Of a DNA stretch of 64,000 nt, positions 1 through 11,126 are shown piece after piece. The notes below the pieces were generated by a model, which was not told the DNA's origin, ran no database searches, and worked only from the letters and a program-made list of their open reading frames with translations. The DNA is from a virus (taxonomy: Duplodnaviria > Caudoviricetes). The DNA is taken from positions 1 to 64,000 of the IMG/VR virus record IMGVR_UViG_3300033121_001357, one strand, 5' to 3'. Position numbers and translations under genes: made by a program. Numbering within the stretch: the stretch's first letter is position 1; every line of letters begins with the position of its first letter.

Positions 1-339
1 AGGAATGTCATCCATAGTTGCAAATGGATTGATTGCAGAAGGAAGTGCGGCTTGATCCAGTGCATCCTGAACGTCTGCGCTCAGCTCAGTTCCACCACTA
101 CCAATCTGGATAGATTCAGTTCCAGTCCAAATGTAAAGGTCCCCGGCGTAAACAACAACCTCACCCTTCTTTGGGGGACGGGCTTGCCAGGTATTATAGG
201 CAGAGAGGTCTGCGAGGGTGGTAGCCTCGTGATAATGAGCATTGTACTTCTGAGCAGCAGATCTGGCGGTGTCTCCGTCTCTACCATCAAGTGCAGATGT
301 GCCAATGTCCATTAGTGCTGATGTATTCGGTGTGTTCAT
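1..339 (-). CDS. Tail fibre / baseplate-attached fibre protein, N-terminal part (runs off the window end; not in the ORF track)
   Basis: Manual translation from ATG 339 (TAATG overlap with upstream stop): MNTPNTSALMDIGTSALDGRDGDTARSAAQKYN..., open to position 1. The IGT..DG.GD..R....K.N pattern resembles T4 gp9/gp10-type fibre N-termini. Last gene of the baseplate cluster. Confidence 0.6.
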   Translation of the reverse strand, partial: MNTPNTSALMDIGTSALDGRDGDTARSAAQKYNAHYHEATTLADLSAYNTWQARPPKKGEVVVYAGDLYIWTGTESIQIGSGGTELSADVQDALDQAALPSAINPFATMDDIP

Positions 340-2522
340 TACTCTTCACCAATAATTGCTGAAAGGGAAACGGTTAGTGTTGGAGCAGACTCGATTACTG
401 CTGATAGGGCAGTATGGACTACGCCGCTTATTCTCTCAAGGTCTATTTCAACTAGGTCTGAAGCTGGCCACTCGTATCCGTCTTTGACCGGAGCAATGTA
501 AACGTAGATCTTTCCAGTTCCTTCAATAGGAAGTTGATTCAGTGGGACCTCCGCTGTCAGACTATTGATATAGTCTGATTCTTCCCCATCAACATCTATA
601 TTGATAAAGCCCTTATTCTTTGACCCGCTCAGATAGACTCGATAGGAGTCGCATTCAACGTTGTCTGTCCAGATAACCTCTAGAGTATTTGTCTCTGAGT
701 CGAAAGAGACTCCGACGATCTGAGGCTTTTCTGCATAGTATCTAATGACTGGATAGGAACCAAGTGCCATATGCCTTGAGACTAGGGCCGTTACGTCTTC
801 CTTTGTAAAGCTTCCTCCACCTTCCTTGAGTAGTCGGAATGGAGCATCAACAATAAATGCTCCATGTAGAGGCACAGATCGACCAGATAGTTTGTTATCT
901 GAAATCCACTGTAGCTCTGGATACTCATCGAGAAACTTCGGCAGGTTCTCCTCTACCTTTTCTGTCAGCTTGTTTCCCTCTTGTCTTACATCAATGTAGG
1001 TGAGATCGATTGCTGAAGCCTCTCTGGTGATCGTAATACTTCCAAGAATTAAGTAGTTAGGGTGTTGCTCTTTGAATAAAGAGTAGCCTGTTTCATCGTC
1101 TTCATCTGGGACTAGAGTTGGAGTTAGCTCTGTCTCACCAAGTCTAGAATCGGACCAGGCGACAATGTTGTCATCTTCATCCAAGATGATGTGATGAATG
1201 CCGACCTGAAAGGCTGGCATCTCGGATTCCGGTAGCGCATAAACTACTGCACGACCCTTTAGAAGATGTCTATTGTGTAGAGGATTTAGGTTTAGACTTA
1301 AGTATGTGAAGTCTCTTACCTCTCTATATCCTCTTATGAATACTCTATCTGTAGTAAGGAGTTGCTTCTCTAAGTGGATAAGACCTGCATGCTTGCTAAA
1401 TGACAGCTCATTAGGATCAGGGGTGTTCAGTGGGAAGCGTACTAGCTCAGCCTGTTCGCGCCAACGGCCCATACGATCTACCCAAAAAGTTCTTGGGCTG
1501 TTGGGAGCAGTGGTGTAGCCGAACTTGGGGTTAAGCATTTCGTCTGTGACTAATAGCTGGATATGGTATTCCGAGTTATCAATTAGATGCTTGAATGGAG
1601 TGGCGACGATGTGTCCTGACAGAACAGCGCACTCCTGAGTACCAGTATACTGAATGGGCTCCACAGGCGTGAAGGCTTGGAAGTGATACTCCGGAATGAA
1701 GTAATGCTCCTTATTGCCATTCACAATCGTCGTAATCTCTCCATTGCTTACACTCAGGTACCAAGGCTCTGTAGATCTAGCGAGCAACGGCTTGTGTAGT
1801 TTTAACTGAGACTCAGGGACGAGCTTAATGTAATACGGACCTACACCGTTATGAAGGATTCTATAGCGATACTTACCACTGAGCTTACGAACAGTGTAGA
1901 CACGCCTCTCTCCCCCTGGAAAGTCAACAATGTTGGCCTCTCTAAAACCAGGTTCACTTTCTAATAGTCTGAATACCTGAGTCCCATCTGTAGCGGTATA
2001 CCGGATATAGTAAGCAACTACACTTGCAGATGCCACGTCATACTCTGGCTCTAGGTCGTGAAAGATGGCGATCTCAGACTCGCTAACCACAATCTTATAG
2101 TGAAGACTGTCTACCGTAGACATATTCTGATCTAAGATTTCTGGCTGAGTGCTAAAGCCTCCAGGTATCACGTGCTTGTAGAACAATGGTATTGGCGTTC
2201 CTCGCCCATCCATCTGAGTGACGTTTGTAATGAGAGCGTATTTACTTGGAAGATCGAACATTTGATTGACGTTACGACGAGTGAACCTTACTAGGTAAGA
2301 ATTCTCTGCAATCTCAACGAGACCTGGAGTCTCGTTGATGTCTCTGATGTTGATGTTCTTTGGAGAAGTATCGGGCATCCCAATATATGAGATTGGGACT
2401 TGATGTGGCTGAGGCTTGCCCACGTAGACAAGGTGACGATAGTCGTTTTGTATTGAGACGCTGAATGTCCCAATCTGCCTTTTGACTGGGACATCGTCTA
2501 CGCCAAATCTGATTGGGAGCAT
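339..2522 (-). CDS. Putative baseplate/tail structural protein (727 aa)
   Basis: Long ORF in the baseplate cluster, beta-rich composition, no catalytic motif recognised. Confidence 0.5.
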   Translation of the reverse strand: MLPIRFGVDDVPVKRQIGTFSVSIQNDYRHLVYVGKPQPHQVPISYIGMPDTSPKNINIRDINETPGLVEIAENSYLVRFTRRNVNQMFDLPSKYALITNVTQMDGRGTPIPLFYKHVIPGGFSTQPEILDQNMSTVDSLHYKIVVSESEIAIFHDLEPEYDVASASVVAYYIRYTATDGTQVFRLLESEPGFREANIVDFPGGERRVYTVRKLSGKYRYRILHNGVGPYYIKLVPESQLKLHKPLLARSTEPWYLSVSNGEITTIVNGNKEHYFIPEYHFQAFTPVEPIQYTGTQECAVLSGHIVATPFKHLIDNSEYHIQLLVTDEMLNPKFGYTTAPNSPRTFWVDRMGRWREQAELVRFPLNTPDPNELSFSKHAGLIHLEKQLLTTDRVFIRGYREVRDFTYLSLNLNPLHNRHLLKGRAVVYALPESEMPAFQVGIHHIILDEDDNIVAWSDSRLGETELTPTLVPDEDDETGYSLFKEQHPNYLILGSITITREASAIDLTYIDVRQEGNKLTEKVEENLPKFLDEYPELQWISDNKLSGRSVPLHGAFIVDAPFRLLKEGGGSFTKEDVTALVSRHMALGSYPVIRYYAEKPQIVGVSFDSETNTLEVIWTDNVECDSYRVYLSGSKNKGFINIDVDGEESDYINSLTAEVPLNQLPIEGTGKIYVYIAPVKDGYEWPASDLVEIDLERISGVVHTALSAVIESAPTLTVSLSAIIGEE

Positions 2523-2529
2523 TTCTGAA

Positions 2530-5061
2530 TTAACCTATGTAAGTAGGGAAGAGCTTGAGACGGACACCGTACAGATTGAATAAAGGAGCTGAGAGCAAAC
2601 CACCTGTTCCTCTGCACCAAATCTCTAGGAAGTATATCCTGTTTGGATCTACAGAGATAGCGTCTCCAGCATCACCTGTATTTACATCGATTGCAACGAA
2701 CTTGTTATCATAGGCAGCACCGCCCGTCACCTTACGACTGAAATGAACTGTCTCGCTGAGTAGACCATCTCCCCAATCAAGAGGATTGAGTTCTAGGGTA
2801 TCAGGATCAAGACTGTTCCATACTTGTCTGGACTTTAAGAAGACCTTGATGAAGGTAGTGTTGTCTGGCATTGCCGTCCAAAGAACGAACTTAGCATTCT
2901 TGATCTTCCAAGGAGGGAGGGCACCGCCATTAATGGCTAAAGCGGAGGAGCCAGATACCGACACCGGGATCCGAATCTGAGTCTTGAGACCGCATGCTTC
3001 GTAGAGAATCCCTGGATTGACAGACTGTGTTGTTACACGCTGCCAACCAGGGATGGCCTCCGATGGTGCTGTTGCAGAACCAAAGGCTCCGCTTGTCAGA
3101 TCTCCAAGATCTGCATCAGCAGGATTGAAGTTAGCAGCAGCGGTTAACCTCCAGGGTATTCTACTGCCTACTGCTAGATGTGTAGCGCCACCGCTATCTG
3201 TGTCATAAGACATCGGAGCCCAGTCTCCGCTTGCCGGCACCCAGTGGTAGACAGGGACTGTCATCGTGGCCATCTGCACCACATCAGTGGTGATGCCTCC
3301 AACAAGAAGTCTTGTATCCTCGATGCTCTCATTTACTTTCAGAGCTAGATCGTAGGTTGGCCCGTCTGCGCCACCGTAGAAACCGAAGGAGTCACTATCA
3401 ACAGCACCATTCACGAATAGTAACTTAAGGTCTGTTGTTTGGAGGACACCGGTCTTTAAGGTTGTTCCCCATGTTAAGAGAGAGTTCCCAGAGACCCGAC
3501 CAGCAACTAAGATGTTGTTAAAGAGGTCCCAATGAAGCTGCCCACAAAGCCCAGCCTCTCCGAGGAAGACAGAGCCTCCTGTGATACGCAATGGTGCATC
3601 ATCTACTACTACCTTCTGCGTGCTTACAAACTCTCCTTCATCATCAGTGCCATCAAAATAGATAGCACCATGCGAAGTTGAACCTAGATATAGCTTATGA
3701 GAGATAGCCGAGTTAGATATTGGACTCGTTGTGTTGCTTGGTCCAGAGGCAGCAGTTCCGATAAGTACATTGCCAAGGATTGCGTTGTCTCTATTAAGCG
3801 GATCAGAAGAGAGTGTATAGCCACTTCTGCTCAAGTACTGGGGGAAGTGGTTATATCTATCTACTGGAAAGAACCACTTAGTAGCATCGAATCTCTTGAC
3901 TAGACTCATAGCTTCGATACTAGCTGAATCGTCTGACCCATCGTGCTTATGGCGCAGGGCATAAGCTCTTTCATGGACTAGAGCTTCAGTTATAGAATTT
4001 CCGGCAAATGCTACGATGTACTGATTAATGAGCCCGATGTCATCATCATGAGGCATCGCTCCGATCAGCTCTGCAGGGAGCTGAATCCTAATCCGAGTAG
4101 GGAATCCAGGATCATAGAAGAAGGCGATCTGATCTTCAGAGTTGTGGTTGACAACCTGTGTCTGATGTCCATCTCTATTAATCCATAGACTGACAAGACC
4201 ATCCGGAATGCGGTTGTCTTCGTCGATTAGAGCCATGATATTTACTGGAACGGTGTACTTAGGAGTGTGCGCTAGATCAAGCCATCTGACGTCTCCTCCA
4301 CCATCATGGGCCAGGTTTAGCACATCTGCATTCAGTGCAGAAAATGGAGCAATTGGATTCATTGCTCTGAGGATATAAGGGAAGCCGATATAGAGGTTTC
4401 CGCCAGCTTCACTTAGCGTGCAGAGGTCAGTAATACCTCCTCCTGGATTATTTACTGCAGCAATCTCATAGAGGCTTGGAACAACGTTAGCACCAGAACC
4501 AGGGGCGTATGACTGGTACCCGTCAGTTGACTGTGGGTTGACTCTATACTGTAGTTTGGCGTTTTCGATGATTGGAGTAGAGGTTAGTACCCTACGGCCA
4601 GATACGGTATATTTATTTGCGGCGTTTAGATTGATGGCGGGGTTTGGAGAACCGGGAGCGACCTTGAGCCAGTCGTCTCCGTAGACGTTATCTGCATCGA
4701 AGTCGCCAAAGATGTTTGCTAGTGCTCCGTTCGTTGCGGGTGTGAATGTGAGAGTAGCTTCCTTATAGCCAACGCCAGAGACAAGCTTCTCCACAATGGT
4801 AGGGGCACTAGCAGCTCCGGATACCAAGTTGGATGGAAGCCTCGGATTAATCCAGCCCATACTTCCTAGAGCTCTGATTAGATTTGTAATGTAGCTCGCT
4901 CTGTCGCTGGACTCTGCGTCTACATCCCCAAGGATTCTGCCGACGATGCTAAATGCCACGTCGATCTGGTTTGCCCAAGCATTAAGCATTTTCGCTGTAG
5001 GCTGTTGACCATCTGCGAATACGACTGGGATTGGGTTTAGATCTGAAAGAATGTCAGCCAT
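2530..5061 (-). CDS. Putative tail fibre / baseplate protein (843 aa)
   Basis: N-terminal 'FADGQQPTAKMLN', internal HxH motif (LRHKHDG), Gly/Asp-rich beta-type C-terminus; lies after the baseplate wedge genes. Confidence 0.5.
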   Translation of the reverse strand: MADILSDLNPIPVVFADGQQPTAKMLNAWANQIDVAFSIVGRILGDVDAESSDRASYITNLIRALGSMGWINPRLPSNLVSGAASAPTIVEKLVSGVGYKEATLTFTPATNGALANIFGDFDADNVYGDDWLKVAPGSPNPAINLNAANKYTVSGRRVLTSTPIIENAKLQYRVNPQSTDGYQSYAPGSGANVVPSLYEIAAVNNPGGGITDLCTLSEAGGNLYIGFPYILRAMNPIAPFSALNADVLNLAHDGGGDVRWLDLAHTPKYTVPVNIMALIDEDNRIPDGLVSLWINRDGHQTQVVNHNSEDQIAFFYDPGFPTRIRIQLPAELIGAMPHDDDIGLINQYIVAFAGNSITEALVHERAYALRHKHDGSDDSASIEAMSLVKRFDATKWFFPVDRYNHFPQYLSRSGYTLSSDPLNRDNAILGNVLIGTAASGPSNTTSPISNSAISHKLYLGSTSHGAIYFDGTDDEGEFVSTQKVVVDDAPLRITGGSVFLGEAGLCGQLHWDLFNNILVAGRVSGNSLLTWGTTLKTGVLQTTDLKLLFVNGAVDSDSFGFYGGADGPTYDLALKVNESIEDTRLLVGGITTDVVQMATMTVPVYHWVPASGDWAPMSYDTDSGGATHLAVGSRIPWRLTAAANFNPADADLGDLTSGAFGSATAPSEAIPGWQRVTTQSVNPGILYEACGLKTQIRIPVSVSGSSALAINGGALPPWKIKNAKFVLWTAMPDNTTFIKVFLKSRQVWNSLDPDTLELNPLDWGDGLLSETVHFSRKVTGGAAYDNKFVAIDVNTGDAGDAISVDPNRIYFLEIWCRGTGGLLSAPLFNLYGVRLKLFPTYIG

Positions 5062-5072
5062 TGAGAGCTCCG

Positions 5073-7895
5073 TTAAGCTGTGTAGCTAAATACCTTGCTG
5101 GTTCTTCTTGTAGAAGGAATTGAATCATCGCCTGGGTGGAAGCCTCCAACTGCAATGTGATAACTTCCAGGGACTACCCCTGTAGGAGGTTCGGGCAGGT
5201 TTGGAATCTTGATCTTGGTTCCGCTTACGAATACTACATCATTTGTAATGTCGATGATACTCGATATTCCGCCGTCATCTGTAGCCTTGATGATGAAGAC
5301 TGACGGTTTTAACTCTTCAGTATCTGGAAGGAATGTCCCAATGATATTGAGTTCCATTCCTACTGGTCCAGAGTTTACCGTAGCATTCAAACTATTTTCA
5401 AAGTGATCAACTTGAATGTCGTTTGGAGAAAGGAAGACTGCAGTTCCGATTCTGGAAGAATCGTCGTTTTCTTCTTCTGGAGGGATCTCGTGAAATCCAT
5501 CAGAATCCTCTCCGATTAAGTTTGGCAACTTCCACTGTCCCTTCATTGTTCTATTCAAGGTTAGGTTAAACTCGACTTCATTGCTAATCAGAATGGGGCT
5601 TTCTACAGTTTGAGCTTCGATCCTGGCAGTTCTGTCAATAACAACTTCGTATGCCATAATCAGATTCCTGACCCCACCGTTAACCGGCCTAATGAGCTCT
5701 CTATCAAAATATAGAGCAGAAAGATTGGAAGAGATCTGAGTCACGCTAACAGGGTGGACAACGCGTCTTGTACTACCGGTAAAGTAACTCCACACCTTTG
5801 TCAGACCGCCTGTCCTGGAGATACCGTTGTAAGGAACGAGATATTCTTCGGGGGCAGCAGGATCGTCATCGTAGTCATCTACAGTTGTAGCACCAGGAAT
5901 GCTTACAATGAAGATGTAGATTTCCTCTGGGCTGTTGGTGACTCTCTCTGGAACTAATAGAACGTTGTTTGTCCATGGATCCCCAATACCATGCCAGGAA
6001 CCCGTGCCTGGATCTCCATCCTGGAATACAGGTCCGAAAGGATGAGCCTGGAGATTTAGAGAGGCTGGATCGGGGTTCAGGGGAGATGGGGTGTCTTCTG
6101 GCATGGCCTTGTAGAAGTTAATTCTTGAGACGAATTCAGAGAAGTTACTCTTACCGAAGACCTCCGTATAGACATATCCATCTCCATCGGTTACGCCAAA
6201 GTCCTGGGTGAAGACCATGAGTCCATCCTTGGAGATAAGATGAACCGGGATATTTGGGACACCCTGTGGGGGATTTCCCTTGGCGATTACACGGGCCTTA
6301 ACGATTGCAACATCTGATTCCATCATTGGTGGAATCTCAAGGCCCTGGAACTCTCCTGCAACTAGCTTGCCATGTGCAATAGTCCCGTCCTCTCTTGTGA
6401 ATGCTGGAGCCATGGTTGTTAGCTCGATCTTCCAAGGAGTTAGTCGTCTGTTGTCGAGTACTAGAAAGCCTCGCTTTAGTGCATTTGTAAGTGGATCCAG
6501 GTCCTCTGAACTATCGAAGAATATTGGCTCTACATTATCTGCATCATAACGGATGAGAGGTACTGCCGTATACTTTACGGTCACGGCTCCCTCAGGACGT
6601 GCTCCATAGACTGGAGCACTAGCAGGTAGTCCACCATTACCAAAGCGAATCTCGCCATAGATTGGATCTAGCTCATAAACGTTCTGATCGTCTTCCTCTT
6701 CAACATCATCTAGGGACTCGACACGAGTCCACAGGACTCCGTCTACCTTTAGCTGGAAGCTCTGAGTATCTAGCACGAGGTTTCCGACTAGGTCTGCATC
6801 TTCGAAGATGCTCCGATCTTGTACTGGAAAGATTGGCAGATAAAATGTCTGCCCGGATTCGGAATCATCTGCGATACCAATCTCGTAGAAGTCGTTAGTA
6901 TCGAACATGTCCATTTGAGAAAGGCGGACATCCTTATTGAAGATGATCTTTGCCGGATTGTTTGGCCAGTAGCTTATTGTTCCAAAGTTCTCATACTCTT
7001 CTGCTCCTAGATAAAGCAGAATGCCACGACCGTCTCCCTCACTCCCCTGATATCCGATTGCGTACTGTCCTGCCTCTAGCGGATCGGCACCCGGATCTAC
7101 TCGTCTAGTATGCCATTCAGAGAACGGGATCTCGGTCCTGAAGATGTCTGGTCTACTGAACTGAACCTTCCAATCTCTGATTGGACTTTGCTCTGTGTAT
7201 ATGATTGCGATGTCACTGGCTACTGTTAGATTCTCCCCTTCAATTAGAGGCTCTCTTGCAACCCCTCCAGCAGCCTTCATGACAATCTTGAATTCATCTT
7301 TTGTTGTATCCGTGTTGGGATATAGATCGCCATCGCTCTCAATACCCTGAGATCTGTATCCTGTAAATTTGGCAACCTTCTTGAAGGAGCTATATTCAGA
7401 GATGGCAAATGTCGATGGGTCTCTTTGGAAATAGGCAATAGAGATTGGGATGTTAGCACTGGGCAGACGAGTGAGCTCTACGCAAGAACGCACAGATGTT
7501 TCATCTACAACCCCGCCACTATAGGTGAGGGTTTCTTCGTCGATATCGTCGCCAACAAGAGCTACAGTACTAGTTGAGCTATGGAGATAGTGTGGGCTAT
7601 TAAAAACAAAATAGTTTCCCCGAAGAACTCCTGGAGTCCATCCGAGAATATTCTGCTCATCCTCAAAACGAATCTCATCAAGCTCTAGGTCGCTTCCTCC
7701 TAGAACGCCGCTTCTAAAGTAAGACCTTGGGACTCTCTGTAGGTCTAGGTTCGAGACTGATGGGAGTGTAAAGTTTGAATTTGTTTCGGATGGATCTATC
7801 CAGAGACCCTCATCGAACTTCCATCCAGGGAGGTTCTGGAATACGCCCTTTTCAGCAGGGCGCTCTATCTTCTTGAATGCTCTAACGATTGCCAT
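5073..7895 (-). CDS. Baseplate wedge-like structural protein (940 aa)
   Basis: 'VDGVLWTRVESL...YELDPIYGEIRFGNG...GARP' resembles the motif of gp6-type/baseplate assembly proteins; gene order. Confidence 0.6.
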   Translation of the reverse strand: MAIVRAFKKIERPAEKGVFQNLPGWKFDEGLWIDPSETNSNFTLPSVSNLDLQRVPRSYFRSGVLGGSDLELDEIRFEDEQNILGWTPGVLRGNYFVFNSPHYLHSSTSTVALVGDDIDEETLTYSGGVVDETSVRSCVELTRLPSANIPISIAYFQRDPSTFAISEYSSFKKVAKFTGYRSQGIESDGDLYPNTDTTKDEFKIVMKAAGGVAREPLIEGENLTVASDIAIIYTEQSPIRDWKVQFSRPDIFRTEIPFSEWHTRRVDPGADPLEAGQYAIGYQGSEGDGRGILLYLGAEEYENFGTISYWPNNPAKIIFNKDVRLSQMDMFDTNDFYEIGIADDSESGQTFYLPIFPVQDRSIFEDADLVGNLVLDTQSFQLKVDGVLWTRVESLDDVEEEDDQNVYELDPIYGEIRFGNGGLPASAPVYGARPEGAVTVKYTAVPLIRYDADNVEPIFFDSSEDLDPLTNALKRGFLVLDNRRLTPWKIELTTMAPAFTREDGTIAHGKLVAGEFQGLEIPPMMESDVAIVKARVIAKGNPPQGVPNIPVHLISKDGLMVFTQDFGVTDGDGYVYTEVFGKSNFSEFVSRINFYKAMPEDTPSPLNPDPASLNLQAHPFGPVFQDGDPGTGSWHGIGDPWTNNVLLVPERVTNSPEEIYIFIVSIPGATTVDDYDDDPAAPEEYLVPYNGISRTGGLTKVWSYFTGSTRRVVHPVSVTQISSNLSALYFDRELIRPVNGGVRNLIMAYEVVIDRTARIEAQTVESPILISNEVEFNLTLNRTMKGQWKLPNLIGEDSDGFHEIPPEEENDDSSRIGTAVFLSPNDIQVDHFENSLNATVNSGPVGMELNIIGTFLPDTEELKPSVFIIKATDDGGISSIIDITNDVVFVSGTKIKIPNLPEPPTGVVPGSYHIAVGGFHPGDDSIPSTRRTSKVFSYTA

Positions 7896-9205
7896 TATTC
7901 ACCCCAGTACTGACTATAGCTTCCAGCGGTTAAGACCTTCCGGATGATATCATACATCTCATTTGTAGGTAGTCCGTTGATGGTCTTGGACTCTACGTCG
8001 TTATAGAGGTCGGTCTCTATTTGATTGAACAGGACTCTCTGAGCTCCTCGTGAGGTTAGATCTATGATTCTAATCTCTGAAGCCTCTAAGTAGAATTCTA
8101 GTTCACTAACTATATAGGAGACAAGAACAGGGGAGGTCGGCTGTGTGTATGCTGTGATAAATCCATTGCTGTAGTCTACAGCATATTCCCCAGCAAGATT
8201 AACATCAGAAGCTTCTGCTACTGGTCGTGAGAGTTCTGAGCTTCTGCTGATCTGAAGGCTGCCTTGGACTACGTTCTTCTGGCTCAACCTCATCTTGTCT
8301 TGAGGTAGAAGCTCTTCAGTAATTAGCTTTCTTGAATCGTATACACGAATGAAGCGTGCCTGCTGAAGATCATCTCCAACGATTGTTGCCTTATAGTAAG
8401 CACTTCCGTTGATCCAGTCTGCTAGTTTTCCGACTGTGATGTTTAGCTCGGTCTCCTGCTCCAGTACTGGGCGAAGACCAGTATGCTGATCGTCTAGGTT
8501 TATCCACTCGCTATAGATTCTTGCCCATCCTTCTTCGATACAGAATCTAAGCTTGCTTTTGTCGCCTGCGTAATCATCTCTGATGGAGACCTTTAGCGAA
8601 GGGCCAGTATTTAGGCCTAGCTCTCTTATAGCACCATTGATGAGACCGTTATAAGTAGCATTTGACTTCTTTGCGATACTGAGCCGAATCCTTTCGACAT
8701 AGTCTCTGTTAGCTTCGCTTGGGAGTCTGGGGATAGAAAGGAGACTTCCGAAGTGATCAAAGATGTTACCAACTTCATTTACCCTGACTCGGGTGATCTG
8801 CTTGCGCTCTGGGGCCCGGTCTGGAATGGCATCCTCAACAGCGAAGCTCTCTGTAGAAATCTCCGCTTGCTCAACAGACACGCTTAAGCTTAAGAGGCCT
8901 GCGATTCCATTTCTAATAATATCTGTATCAGTGATACTGATCGTTCTAAGATCGTCAGATGCTGATGTGTCTGCAGAGTTGATTGGTAGTATTTCGATGA
9001 TTGCTGCTGCAGGTCCCTTGAAGAATATACTGCTAGCAGTAGAGACACCCGAAGATGCTCTTGTTAATTTCAGGGGGATGTAGATCGACTGGTCTGAGGT
9101 AAAAACTAATGTGCCAGTTACAAGTCTCCCCTTTGGGGTCAATGGTCCTTCAACATTATAGGATGTACCATTGATGGTGACGGTGCCAACGTAGTTCTTA
9201 GCCAT
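7895..9205 (-). CDS. Baseplate wedge protein, P2 gpI-like (436 aa)
   Basis: 'FDHFGSLLSIPRLPSEANRDYVERI' resembles the gpI/gp7-type D..G......R...E.D..YR.RI motif. Confidence 0.55.
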   Translation of the reverse strand: MAKNYVGTVTINGTSYNVEGPLTPKGRLVTGTLVFTSDQSIYIPLKLTRASSGVSTASSIFFKGPAAAIIEILPINSADTSASDDLRTISITDTDIIRNGIAGLLSLSVSVEQAEISTESFAVEDAIPDRAPERKQITRVRVNEVGNIFDHFGSLLSIPRLPSEANRDYVERIRLSIAKKSNATYNGLINGAIRELGLNTGPSLKVSIRDDYAGDKSKLRFCIEEGWARIYSEWINLDDQHTGLRPVLEQETELNITVGKLADWINGSAYYKATIVGDDLQQARFIRVYDSRKLITEELLPQDKMRLSQKNVVQGSLQISRSSELSRPVAEASDVNLAGEYAVDYSNGFITAYTQPTSPVLVSYIVSELEFYLEASEIRIIDLTSRGAQRVLFNQIETDLYNDVESKTINGLPTNEMYDIIRKVLTAGSYSQYWGE

Positions 9206-11126
9206 CGAATCTTACCTCAATTGCATCATAGTCTTCTCTGAAGAGAAGTCTTCTTCCCGTTGGGTCTGCGATAAACAAATCATAAGAGGGAATCAACTTG
9301 TACATCACCTCACCATTTGATGCAAGCACCTCTCCACTCTCAGAGATATGGACTCTATTTGCTGTGAATGCATCACCAATAAGGTGAAGAACTGGATACT
9401 CTGCAAGAGCAGCCTTCTTTCTAACTTGCACAATCCGTCTAACAATCTCAGTAGTTCCATCTGTAAAGGTAATCTCTAATTCAAAGATGTAGTCACCAGT
9501 ATTATCTAATACAACCTCGAATTGTTCGTCTGAGATTCCATATGTTGTGATGGGGAACTTGTTGTACTTTAAGAATGGAATGTCTCCAACTAGACCATTA
9601 TTCACATCTAGATAGACCTTATCATCCCAGTCTTTCATGACTGCCCACGACCAGCACTTCACTAGTTTAGTAGCGCGTGGTCTCTCTACCTGAATTGATA
9701 CCTGGCAGTATACATCCCCGCCATCTTCCGTCTGTGGCTCTGCAATTGCTGCACTGAATCCGACTTCTGGATCCTCTGTAGCTCCTGTAAGTCTTTGCAG
9801 ATTAGAAGGAACATTGTTTCTTCTGTCCCAGATGTACAGATTCTCTTCGTCAATTCCATAGATTAGGTTGCTGAATGGATCAATGGTGAAGTCAGAGAGA
9901 TGGACATACTCTCCAAGTGTATTGGCTAGCCTAGTCCTCTCTTCAACATTGAATGTATCCATTCCCTTTGCAATGTCAAGTAAGTGCCCCTGCCCAGAAA
10001 TCATTACATCTAGGTAGCTACTAACTATGTCGTCGCCTACCTGATACTTGATTGTTTCTTGCTCTCTACTGACAATCCTTCGATTTAAAGGATCGGGCTT
10101 TATGCTAAGCCGAGGTGGAATTGCAAATACAATGATCTCACCTTCAGTTGTTTCTGCATCTTCATTAAGCCGGATTGCCTCTACTAAGGACCATCTGGAT
10201 AGGGTTGCGACAACACCATTCTCTGCTAGGAGAACGGACTCTGTTTGCTTAATTCCCTTGTCCGAGATTCCGCTGATTAAGATCGTAGTATTAGTAAGTT
10301 CCTCATTAACCATTCTTACTAGATTTGTAGCTGAGTGAACGTTGATATGTAGTCTAGTATTTGGAACCCTGAAGGGTTCGATCTCAGCTACAGACTTAAT
10401 TGCAGTGGATGGCGTTAGAGCTCCGGTCAGATCTGCATGATGTTGAGCATGCCATCTTGTTGGCAGGGCCTCTGTCCAAAACTCTCTGAAACTTGATTTA
10501 TACGTTAAGGGAATCTTATTAACCCCCTTGATACCATAAACTGTTGGAGGTGAGATCCTTATCTCTCCTGCTGAATCAACGTAGAGGCTCAGCTGTTCGT
10601 TAGAACTTAGTTCATATTCAGAAAGCCAATCTGCATCAGAGATATTTGAGGCATTGATTAGTAGTGACTTATTCAGCTCATATGCGCCCTGCTTTATATA
10701 GTCTAGCTCTAAAGCAATCGGATTCATCATCTGCTGAAAGATACTTGTCTTATCAGAAGCAGCTTTTGTGTATTCAGGGAAGTATGCCGCAAGGATTTCT
10801 AGGTATGGAGAATATACATAGTCGTTATTTCGGATGGATGCCTCTGCGGCCACCTGAATCATCCACGTCTTTTCATATGCTTCTGTGTATACAACCTGAA
10901 TCCTTAGTTTCAAGTCTGGGCTTCCAGTGATGTATGACTGGAAACTAAGGGCATAACCATTCAAAATGTCTGAATGACTAAAGCCGACCTCGACATCATT
11001 GACTGTGATTTTGATTGCGTCAAGAAGCGCCTGACCAAGAACTAGATCTGTGGTTAGGTTGATTGTGAAGGTCTGTAGACCTGCAGAGATCGACGCCCCA
11101 GGAGCAGCTTTAGTGGCTAAGATCAT
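9198..11126 (-). CDS. Putative baseplate protein (642 aa)
   Basis: Directly follows the baseplate J-like gene with an overlap; no catalytic motif. Confidence 0.5.
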   Translation of the reverse strand: MILATKAAPGASISAGLQTFTINLTTDLVLGQALLDAIKITVNDVEVGFSHSDILNGYALSFQSYITGSPDLKLRIQVVYTEAYEKTWMIQVAAEASIRNNDYVYSPYLEILAAYFPEYTKAASDKTSIFQQMMNPIALELDYIKQGAYELNKSLLINASNISDADWLSEYELSSNEQLSLYVDSAGEIRISPPTVYGIKGVNKIPLTYKSSFREFWTEALPTRWHAQHHADLTGALTPSTAIKSVAEIEPFRVPNTRLHINVHSATNLVRMVNEELTNTTILISGISDKGIKQTESVLLAENGVVATLSRWSLVEAIRLNEDAETTEGEIIVFAIPPRLSIKPDPLNRRIVSREQETIKYQVGDDIVSSYLDVMISGQGHLLDIAKGMDTFNVEERTRLANTLGEYVHLSDFTIDPFSNLIYGIDEENLYIWDRRNNVPSNLQRLTGATEDPEVGFSAAIAEPQTEDGGDVYCQVSIQVERPRATKLVKCWSWAVMKDWDDKVYLDVNNGLVGDIPFLKYNKFPITTYGISDEQFEVVLDNTGDYIFELEITFTDGTTEIVRRIVQVRKKAALAEYPVLHLIGDAFTANRVHISESGEVLASNGEVMYKLIPSYDLFIADPTGRRLLFREDYDAIEVRFDG